A stretch of DNA of 53,400 nucleotides from Vulcanimicrobiota bacterium (GTDB lineage: Bacteria; Vulcanimicrobiota; Vulcanimicrobiia; Vulcanimicrobiales; Vulcanimicrobiaceae), in NCBI GenBank assembly GCA_003135555.1, contig PLCF01000082.1, forward strand, positions 1 to 53,400, in the 5' to 3' direction. Numbering within the stretch: position 1 is the stretch's first letter; every line of letters begins with the position of its first letter. This document shows positions 46,322 through 53,400 of this stretch, one piece after another. The translations under genes and the position numbers were made by a program. A model generated the notes under the pieces. The model was given only the letters and a program-made list of their open reading frames with translations. It had not been told where the DNA came from and made no database searches.

Positions 46322-47407
46322 CTAGGTCGTCGCCTTGGCGTCAGAGTCGGGCTTTTTCCCGGCCGCCCGCACGTTTGTCAGGCAGCTGAGCGCGTCGAAC
46401 CAGAACGGTGCGCCGAGCGAGAGCGCGATCACGGTGATTCCCAGCCCAAGCACCTTGGACAAGAGGTACAAGAACCACGTCTTCACGCCCGCGGGTGGGA
46501 CGTTTGCGGCTGCGTCCTCCTTGACGTAACACGCGATCGGATCGTCAAGGAGCCTGTTCCCCTGTGGCGCCCATCCTAACGGAACCGCCTGTAGCATCCC
46601 AGGGACGACACCGCTAGGCGTTGCGCTGGTGTTCTTCGCGGCGGCGGCGGTGGCGGCGGCAGAAACTGACCCGCGTAAGGCCGAGTTGCAGCTGAGCCCT
46701 TCATAGAGCCGCACGGAATCGATGTTGAAAATCACCGCCAACAGCGCGCCGATGATGATCAGAATCTTGTGCGACTCGCGCTTGTACCAGCCCGAGACGC
46801 GGTCCATGTGGTCGTCGTACAACGTCTCGATACCGGAGACGAACGCGTTGATGTCGGCACCGGACTTCGCCAAGACCGCGCCGACCTGAGGCCCCACGCC
46901 CAACGCGTCTCCGGCGGCTTGAATGCTCTGGACGGCGTTCGCGGCGACTGCTGCTGCGGCCATCGCGGGCGTCGTGCCGGTAGCCGGGTTTACGGTGGTC
47001 GCGGCACTCGCCGCACTCGCAGTCGCGCTCGCGGCCGCGGCCACCTGCGCGCCCTTCGATGCGAGCATGTTCATGAAGATCGCGCTGAACTGCTCCCTCG
47101 ACATGTACGAAGGACCGTTCTTCGCGAGTGCCGCCGGATCGGCGACGGCCGCCGGCGCCGCTGCTTGCGCGGTCTGCACCGTGTTCTGTCCGGCTTGTTG
47201 CAGCGCGATGAATATCGGATCTTGGGTGAATTGCGTGAACGCCGTTTTGTCGCCGTTCAAGAGCTGATAGATCCCGTTCACGAGCCCTTTGGAACGCAGA
47301 TCGAGCGCCGACGCGGCTCGTTCGTTGCACCAAGAAGCCAGGAGACTGAATGCGACGTAGACGCCGGCCATGCCGATGAGGACGTCGAGAATGGGAGAGA
47401 GTGACAT
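46322..47407 (-). CDS. Uncharacterised membrane protein (361 aa)
   Basis: N-terminal LDVLIG TM helix, PSYM, MDRVSGWYKR, PLGW, C-terminal ALSLGAPFWFDAL; Ala-rich inserts. Confidence 0.8.
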   Translation of the reverse strand: MSLSPILDVLIGMAGVYVAFSLLASWCNERAASALDLRSKGLVNGIYQLLNGDKTAFTQFTQDPIFIALQQAGQNTVQTAQAAAPAAVADPAALAKNGPSYMSREQFSAIFMNMLASKGAQVAAAASATASAASAATTVNPATGTTPAMAAAAVAANAVQSIQAAGDALGVGPQVGAVLAKSGADINAFVSGIETLYDDHMDRVSGWYKRESHKILIIIGALLAVIFNIDSVRLYEGLSCNSALRGSVSAAATAAAAKNTSATPSGVVPGMLQAVPLGWAPQGNRLLDDPIACYVKEDAAANVPPAGVKTWFLYLLSKVLGLGITVIALSLGAPFWFDALSCLTNVRAAGKKPDSDAKATT

Positions 47408-47484
47408 CTGCGGCTACCCCCGGGAAGCTGTGGATGACCGGGAGGGTTCTTCCCTCGCCCGTTCAGGCCTCCTGAGTAACCGTC

Positions 47485-47964
47485 TCAGCGCTCGCGGCGG
47501 CGCGCCGTGAGGACGCCGGTGTTCATCCCGCCCATCGCCAAGCCGCCGTCGAAGCGCGCGGATTCGACCTTGATGCAGCGGTCGACGACGACCTCGAGCC
47601 CGGCTGCATCGGCGAGCCGGATCGCCTCGTCGTTGATGACGCCGTACTGGAACCAAATCGCCTTGGCGCCCGCCGCGATCGCGTCGCGCGCGACTTGCGG
47701 CGCATCGTCGGGTTTGCGGAACACGTCGACGATGTCGGGCGGCCCCTGCTCCGCGGCGTAGGCGGCCAAGGTCGGGTAGGCGCGCACGCCGTCGATCTCG
47801 GCGATGGCGGGGTTGATCGGCGCGACGTTCAGCTTCCCGCGTGTGCGCAGGTACGAGAACACGAAGTAGCTCGGCCGCGTGTGCGTCGCCGACGCGCCGA
47901 CCATTGCGACGGTCTGCGAGCGGTCGAGCAGCGCGCGGCGTTGGGCCGGAGTTTCCAGGATCAA
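47485..47964 (-). CDS. CoA-binding domain protein (YccU-like)
   Basis: TVAMVGAS, RPSY, DIVDVFRK, AKAIWFQYGV, VVDRCIKVE; overlaps the metY stop. Confidence 0.9.
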   Translation of the reverse strand: MILETPAQRRALLDRSQTVAMVGASATHTRPSYFVFSYLRTRGKLNVAPINPAIAEIDGVRAYPTLAAYAAEQGPPDIVDVFRKPDDAPQVARDAIAAGAKAIWFQYGVINDEAIRLADAAGLEVVVDRCIKVESARFDGGLAMGGMNTGVLTARRRER

Positions 47965-49286
47965 GCGCGGACCTCGGTGAGACGGCGCGCAGCGGCGAGG
48001 CCGCGCTCGAGGTCCCAGATCAGGTCCTCAACGTCCTCGATGCCGACCGAGAGCCGGACGGTTTCGGGGCCGACGCCGGCGGCGCGCATCTCGTCGTCGG
48101 AGAGCTGCTGGTGCGTCGTCGACGCGGGATGGATCACCAGGCTCTTCGCGTCGCCCAGGTTCGCCAGATGGCTCCACAGCTCGAGCCCCTCGATGAAGGC
48201 GCGGCCCGCGTCACGCCCGCCACGCAAGCCGAACGTGAACACCGAACCGGCGCCCAGCGGTAGGTACCGGGCCGCGAGTGCCCGATCCGGGCTGTCGGGG
48301 AGGTCGGCGAACGACACCCAGGCGACCTCGTCGCGACCGCGCAGGAACGCGGCGACGGTGCGGGCGTTGGCGACGTGCTGCGGCATCCGCAGCGCCAAAG
48401 TCTCGAGCCCTTGCACCAAAAGCCAGGCGTTCATCGGCGAGATCGACGCGCCCACATCGCGCAGTACTTCGACACGCGCGCGCTGCAAGAACGCGTACTC
48501 GCCGAACGTCTCGGAGAAGTTGAGCCCGTGATAGCCCGGGCTGGGCATGGTGAGCAGCGGATGCTTCGCGACGGTCCACGCAAACGTCCCGGCGTCGACG
48601 ATCGCGCCGGCGATCACGGTTCCGTGACCGCACAAGAACTTCGTCGCCGAGTGCACGACGATATCGGCGCCGTGCTCGATCGGGCGGCACAAATACGGGG
48701 TGGCGAAGGTGTTGTCGACGATCAGCGGCACGCCGCCCGCGTGCGCGATTCCGGCCAGCGCGGCGAGATCGGCAACGTTCCCGTTGGGGTTGCCGATCGT
48801 TTCGACGAACACCGCGCGCGTGGTGTCGCGCAACGCGGCGCGCACGCCGTCGAGATCGCCGACCGGCACGAACGTCGTCTCGATCCCCATGCGCTTGAGG
48901 GTCACGGAGAACTGCGTTACCGTTCCGCCGTAGAGGTTCGTCGAAGCGACGATGTGGTCGCCTTGCTGCGCCAAGCTCAAGATCACGACCAGCTGCGCGG
49001 CGAGCCCGCTGGCGGTCGCGATCGCGCCGAGCCCGCCTTCGAGGCTGGCGAGCTTCTCTTCGAAGGCGGCGACGGTGGGGTTGCTGATGCGCGTGTAGAT
49101 GTTGCCGTAGGTGCGCAGCGAGAACAACTCGACGGCATGCTCGGTCGAGTCGAACACGAACGCCGACGACATGTGGAGCGGCAGGGCGCGGGCCCCGGTC
49201 TCGCCGTCGGGCGGCGTCCCCGCATGCAGCGCGCGCGTGCGAAAGCCGAAGGTATGTTCGCCGTGCGGCGAGTCGGTGGTGGACAT
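47961..49286 (-). CDS. metY: O-acetylhomoserine aminocarboxypropyltransferase / sulfhydrylase
   Basis: [35 protein letters not shown] lysine, [20 protein letters not shown]. Confidence 0.9.
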   Translation of the reverse strand: MSTTDSPHGEHTFGFRTRALHAGTPPDGETGARALPLHMSSAFVFDSTEHAVELFSLRTYGNIYTRISNPTVAAFEEKLASLEGGLGAIATASGLAAQLVVILSLAQQGDHIVASTNLYGGTVTQFSVTLKRMGIETTFVPVGDLDGVRAALRDTTRAVFVETIGNPNGNVADLAALAGIAHAGGVPLIVDNTFATPYLCRPIEHGADIVVHSATKFLCGHGTVIAGAIVDAGTFAWTVAKHPLLTMPSPGYHGLNFSETFGEYAFLQRARVEVLRDVGASISPMNAWLLVQGLETLALRMPQHVANARTVAAFLRGRDEVAWVSFADLPDSPDRALAARYLPLGAGSVFTFGLRGGRDAGRAFIEGLELWSHLANLGDAKSLVIHPASTTHQQLSDDEMRAAGVGPETVRLSVGIEDVEDLIWDLERGLAAARRLTEVRA

Positions 49287-49504
49287 GGGACGGCTCCCTT
49301 TCGCGCGAGCGGCCCCTCGCCCCCACGAAACCGCAGGGCGTCCGGCGGCGTACTTCTAGCGTCCCTCTAATGGGCACCGCGAACGGTTCGCGACCCGCTT
49401 TCGTTGAGGATATACCAGCGATCTACTCACCCGCCGGCTCAACCGGGCGTCGCAAGTAGTGGACGCCCGCGGCTGATACGTGAGGCCGCCGGCCCCCGGC
49501 GCGA

Positions 49505-50296
49505 TTATGCTGGTTGCGTCCGGCGCTCCACGAGCAGCGCTTGGGTGCCGGCGCCGAAATAGCCGACTGCATCGGCCAGCCGAAGCGTGGTCACGCCGAG
49601 GCCGTCCGAGCTGAGCGTGGTGCGTGCTTCGAGCAACGTCCACTCGCCGTGCGGATAGCGCTCGAGCGCGAGCGACAGCGACGGCGGGACGAACAGCCAC
49701 TCCGCCATCGGCAGCTCGCCGCTGATCCCGTTGGCCGAGTCCGCGATCAGCAAGGCCGCATCGAGCGGTGCCGGCGGCGCATCGTCGACCAGCGGAATGC
49801 GCGGCCGGGCCCACACGCACGCCGGCCCCGGCTTCCCGCCGCCGTAGACGTGGCGCCATTCGAACGCCTGACCGTAGCCGAACTGTTTCATCCACCCCGG
49901 TAGCGGCGCGGCGTCCGGAATCGGCGGCACCGGATCGGGCGCGGTCGCCGCGGGCGGCACGCTGCCTTCGGGTTGGGTTGCGATCCGCCACGCCCGTGCC
50001 GTGAGAACCTCGCGTCCGTCGCTTTCGACGACGCCTTCGAGCATCTCGATGCGCCGGCCGGGGCGCGCGACGCGCGTGCGCACGCGCATCGTGGCGAGCG
50101 GCAGCGTACCGAGAAACTCCGACGTGATGCGTGCGAAACGCATGTCCGGCCGGGGATGGTTCGCGCTCATGACGTGTGCGACCAATGCCGTCGGCGGCGC
50201 GCCGTGCTGCAGGCGCTCGTCCCACGGGCTCATCGTCGCGGCGGTGGCGGCGAACGTATCGGCATCGAGCCGTTGGTAGAATGAAGCGGGAGCCAT
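49505..50296 (-). CDS. Thioesterase family protein (double hot-dog)
   Basis: SPWD..QHGAPP, RPGRRIE, LIADSANG; GAAGGAGG SD. Confidence 0.85.
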   Translation of the reverse strand: MAPASFYQRLDADTFAATAATMSPWDERLQHGAPPTALVAHVMSANHPRPDMRFARITSEFLGTLPLATMRVRTRVARPGRRIEMLEGVVESDGREVLTARAWRIATQPEGSVPPAATAPDPVPPIPDAAPLPGWMKQFGYGQAFEWRHVYGGGKPGPACVWARPRIPLVDDAPPAPLDAALLIADSANGISGELPMAEWLFVPPSLSLALERYPHGEWTLLEARTTLSSDGLGVTTLRLADAVGYFGAGTQALLVERRTQPA

Positions 50297-50324
50297 CGCG
50301 GCCTCCTTCGCCGTCGCCGCGCCG

Positions 50325-51578
50325 CTAGGCGTTTCGCGGCTGAAGCTTGGATTGCAGATACGCCTGCTCGGCGATGTTCTGGGTGTACTTCAGCGCCGAA
50401 CGATACGCTTCGCGCGCTGCGGCGTCTCGGCCGAGCCGAGTCAGCGCGTCGGCGCGCGCGACGTGATAGTGGTGGTACTCGCCGAGCGCCTCGCGCGGGA
50501 GCGCATCGAGCGCGGCCAGCCCTGCGGCCGGTCCGTCGGCGAACCCGATCGCGACCGCGCGGTTCAGCGCGACGATCGGCGAAGGCGTCATCCGCTCTAA
50601 GTGCCCGTACAGCTCCGCGATCCCGTGCCAGTCGACCTCGCTCGCCGCCGGCGCCGATGCGTGCGCGTACGCGATGGCCGCTTGGAGTTGATACGGCCCC
50701 GGTGCGCCGTGGCGCGTCGCGCGCGCGAGCCAGTCGTCCGCCTCGGCGATCTTCGCGCGGTCCCACGCCGTGCGGTCCTGATCGGCGAGCGTCACCAGCG
50801 AACCATCGGGCCCGACGCGCGCCTCGCGCCGCGAGTCGTGGTACAGCATCAGCGCCAACAACCCCATCACTTCTGGCTCCTGCGGCATCAGCGACGCGAG
50901 CACGCGGCCGAGCCGGATCGCCTCATCGCAGAGTTCGCGCCGCACCAGCCGGTCGCCGGCGCTCGCGGTGTAGCCCTCGTTGAAGATGAGATACAGCACG
51001 GTACACACGTCGTCGAGCCGCTCGGGAAGCTGCGCCGCCGGCGGCACGTCGAACGGGATCGCCGACTCGCGAATCTTGCGCTTCACGCGCACCAGCCGCT
51101 GCGCCATCGTCGCATGCTGCACGAGGAACGCGTCGGCGATCTCTTCGGTCGTCAGCCCGGCGAGCGTGCGCAGCGTCAGCGCGATCCGCACTTCGATGCC
51201 GAGGGCCGGATGGCAGCAGGCGAAGATCAAGCCGAGCCGGTCGTCGGGGATCGCGGTCATCGCATCGTCCTGGGCGGCATCGCGCGCGGGCGCTGGAATG
51301 AGCGCTGCGAGCCGGTGCAGCTTCTCCCGACCGAGACGCTCGCGCCGGAGCCGGTCGATCGCGCGATTGCGCGCCGTCGCGAGGATCCACGCCGACGGCC
51401 GCGCCGGAAAGCCGGCGCGCGGCCAATGCTCCAGCGCGGCCAGGTACGCGTCTTGCAGCGCGTCCTCGGCGAGCTCGATGTCGCCGAGCGCCCGCGCAAG
51501 GGTCGCAACGGTGCGCCCCGCGTCGTCGCGGAAGCACCGTGCGACTCGTTCCGCTGCGTCAGCCTCACATGTCGACAA
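50325..51578 (-). CDS. ECF RNA polymerase sigma factor with C-terminal TPR-like extension (ECF42-like); start uncertain
   Basis: [66 protein letters not shown]. Confidence 0.92.
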   Translation of the reverse strand: MSTCEADAAERVARCFRDDAGRTVATLARALGDIELAEDALQDAYLAALEHWPRAGFPARPSAWILATARNRAIDRLRRERLGREKLHRLAALIPAPARDAAQDDAMTAIPDDRLGLIFACCHPALGIEVRIALTLRTLAGLTTEEIADAFLVQHATMAQRLVRVKRKIRESAIPFDVPPAAQLPERLDDVCTVLYLIFNEGYTASAGDRLVRRELCDEAIRLGRVLASLMPQEPEVMGLLALMLYHDSRREARVGPDGSLVTLADQDRTAWDRAKIAEADDWLARATRHGAPGPYQLQAAIAYAHASAPAASEVDWHGIAELYGHLERMTPSPIVALNRAVAIGFADGPAAGLAALDALPREALGEYHHYHVARADALTRLGRDAAAREAYRSALKYTQNIAEQAYLQSKLQPRNA

Positions 51579-51909
51579 TCGGCCGGACCTCCACCGACCC
51601 GTCCTTCGCCCCCGGGCACATCGCCGCCGCTTCGAGCGCTCCGTCGATCGAGGGTGCTTCGATGATGTAGTAGCCGCCCAGCCATTCCTTGGTCTCGGCG
51701 AACGGGCCGTCGGTTACGACGCGCTTTCCGTCGCGGACGCGCACGGTCGTCGCGCTGGCCGTGTTCGCCAGCGGCGCGGCGTCGACGTAGGCGCCGCGCT
51801 TGCGCAACTCTTCGCCGTACGCAATCCAGGCGGGCATCGAGGCGGCCCACTCTTCGGGCGTCGGTTCGCGGTCGCGCGGCGGGCTGTAGATGAGGAGCAT
51901 GTACTTCAT
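51565..51909 (-). CDS. YciI-family (DGPF) protein
   Basis: [45 protein letters not shown]. Confidence 0.92.
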   Translation of the reverse strand: MKYMLLIYSPPRDREPTPEEWAASMPAWIAYGEELRKRGAYVDAAPLANTASATTVRVRDGKRVVTDGPFAETKEWLGGYYIIEAPSIDGALEAAAMCPGAKDGSVEVRPIVDM

Positions 51910-51968
51910 AGTCGTTCCTTCCGGCACGGATGACGATCGCATCCGGACATAGGACGAGCGCTGGCTCC

Positions 51969-52538
51969 TCAAATCGACAGCGCCGCGGCGAGCGCCGACA
52001 GCTCGAGGTGGGCGAGCGGGATCGGCTCCGGCGGGACGGCCGCAGCGCCGCGCGGGGAGGCGATCGGGCGCTGCCACCAGGTGACGTCGCCCCAAGCGCC
52101 GTTCTTGAAGCCGACCTCGGTATACACGCCGATGTAGGTGAAGCCGGCGGCGCGGTGCAGGCCCAGGCTGGCGTCGTTCGGGAGCGCGATCCCCGCATAG
52201 GCGCGGTGGAAGCGCTGCCGTTCGAGGATGCGGAACAGGATCGCGTAGAGGGCGCGCCCCACGCCCCGCCGCCGCGCCCCGGCCGCAACGTGAACCGAGA
52301 CGTCGACCGACCAGCGATACGCGGCGCGCTCCCGGTGCTTGGACGCGTACGCGAAGCCGCGCACTTCATCGTCTTCGTACACGAGAAATGGATGGGTGGC
52401 GCCGATCGAAGCGATGCGGTCGCGCATCGCGGCGGCGTCGGGCGCGACCTCTTCGAACGAGATCCACGAGTCCTCGACCGCCGGACGGTAGATCGCGGCG
52501 CACGCCGCGGCGTCGTCAGCGCGGGCGAGCCGAACCAC
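51969..52538 (-). CDS. GNAT N-acetyltransferase, phosphinothricin acetyltransferase / ArsN-like
   Basis: ISFEEVAP, GFAYAS.HRERAAY.WS, RRGVGRALY, LPNDASLGLH, VGFKNGAWGDV. Confidence 0.88.
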   Translation of the reverse strand: MVRLARADDAAACAAIYRPAVEDSWISFEEVAPDAAAMRDRIASIGATHPFLVYEDDEVRGFAYASKHRERAAYRWSVDVSVHVAAGARRRGVGRALYAILFRILERQRFHRAYAGIALPNDASLGLHRAAGFTYIGVYTEVGFKNGAWGDVTWWQRPIASPRGAAAVPPEPIPLAHLELSALAAALSI

Positions 52539-53400
52539 GGGTCGCGGCGATCGTCTCGCGCAGGCGTTGCGCGGCGGTGCGCACTTCCTCGGCCGAGAGG
52601 ATCAGCGGCGGGACGAACCGCAGCGTGTTGCGCCCGGCGGCGTTGATGAACACGCCGTTGTCGAGGCCGTGCGGGATGAAGTCTGCCGCCTTCAAAGGCT
52701 CGCGCACGGGCAACCCGAGCATGAGGCCGTGTCCGCGCGGTTCTTCGAAAACGTCGGCGTGGTCGCGGGCGATGGCGGCGAGCTCGTCGCGCAAGAGGGC
52801 ACCGATCGCCGTCACGTGTGCGTCGAGGTCGACGACGTCCCGAATCGCGAGATGCTCCAGCGCCGCAGCCGCCGGAACGGGAGATCCGCCGAAGGTCGTG
52901 CCGTGGTCGCCGGGCCGCAGCGAGGTCGCGGCCTCGCCGCGCACGATCAACGTCCCGATCGGCAACCCGTTGGCCAGCGACTTCGCCAGGGTGAACGCGT
53001 CGGGCCGCACGTCGTAGAACTGGTGCGCGAACAGTCGACCCAGGCGCCCCATCCCGCACTGCACCTCGTCGAAGATCAGCAGCGCGCCGCGCTCGTCGCA
53101 CAGCCGGCGGGCCGCCGCGAGATACTCCTTCGTGGCGGGAACGACGCCGCTCTCGCCCTGCACCGGCTCGACGAGGAAGCACGCCGTCGTCCCGTCGATC
53201 GCCGCCTCGAGCGCCGCGATGTCGTTGAACGGGACGTGCGCGAAGCCGCGTGGCAGCGGTTCGAAGCCCTCGTGATAGGCCGGGTTGTCGGTGGCGGCTA
53301 GCGCGCCCATCGTGCGCCCGTGGAACGACCCGCCCGCCGCCAGGATGACGTTGCGGTCTTTCTCGCCCCGGCGCCAGGCGTGCTTGCGCGCCAACTTGAT
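52516..53400 (-). CDS. argD: Acetylornithine aminotransferase (class III), 5'-truncated by window edge
   Basis: KLARK, SFHGRTMGAL, EPVQGESG, FDEVQCGMGR, TLAKSLANG, HGTTFGG, LRFVPPL. Confidence 0.88.
   Translation of the reverse strand: MKLARKHAWRRGEKDRNVILAAGGSFHGRTMGALAATDNPAYHEGFEPLPRGFAHVPFNDIAALEAAIDGTTACFLVEPVQGESGVVPATKEYLAAARRLCDERGALLIFDEVQCGMGRLGRLFAHQFYDVRPDAFTLAKSLANGLPIGTLIVRGEAATSLRPGDHGTTFGGSPVPAAAALEHLAIRDVVDLDAHVTAIGALLRDELAAIARDHADVFEEPRGHGLMLGLPVREPLKAADFIPHGLDNGVFINAAGRNTLRFVPPLILSAEEVRTAAQRLRETIAATRGSARPR

Noticed and set aside
49287..49500. SAM-I or SAH riboswitch upstream of metY
   Set aside because: The core consensus elements (ATC-AGAG...GCAACC...GTGC; GAGGAGCGCTGC) were not found, so it is kept only as an unassigned leader.
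50325..51909. YciI + extended ECF sigma pair as a novel system
   Set aside because: This is the well-known ECF42-type arrangement.
1..53400. tRNA, rRNA, IS, prophage or defence genes
   Set aside because: None was recognised by eye. Intergenic gaps are short and mostly explained. tRNAscan-SE and ISEScan would be decisive.

Overview
GC-rich (roughly 70% by eye), gene-dense bacterial chromosomal window. Gene content and lipoprotein style suggest a diderm soil bacterium such as Eremiobacterota (Vulcanimicrobiia), which is inference only. In order it holds: the 3' part of glyQS; a divergent pbpC / alpha-2-macroglobulin pair; a 12 kb potassium island; a SorAB-like sulfite dehydrogenase pair; a glycogen debranching enzyme; glpX; secreted lipoproteins; a Cys-motif GAF kinase / NarL regulator / SDR / QueA-like cluster interrupted by an orphan gene; a PAS-GGDEF protein; an amidase; acetoacetate-CoA ligase; a CPA1 antiporter; an ABC transporter + Rieske oxygenase + mini FtsZ-like operon; metY with a CoA-binding protein; a thioesterase; YciI + ECF sigma; a GNAT; and the 3' part of argD. 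The most interesting region is the potassium island (9349-21518). It has no canonical KdpD/KdpE. Instead there is a soluble protein with two tandem KdpD sensor modules, a divergent 4TM-GAF kinase with a NarL-type regulator, a beta-barrel gene coupled to kdpC, and five small ORFs below the ORF-track cutoff (KdpF plus four others). A palindrome, GCCGAA-n3-TTCGGC, lies exactly 34 bp upstream of a TAnnnT box in three separate promoters. No rRNA, tRNA, CRISPR array or transposase was recognised. All family calls come from motif recognition by eye, with no database searches.
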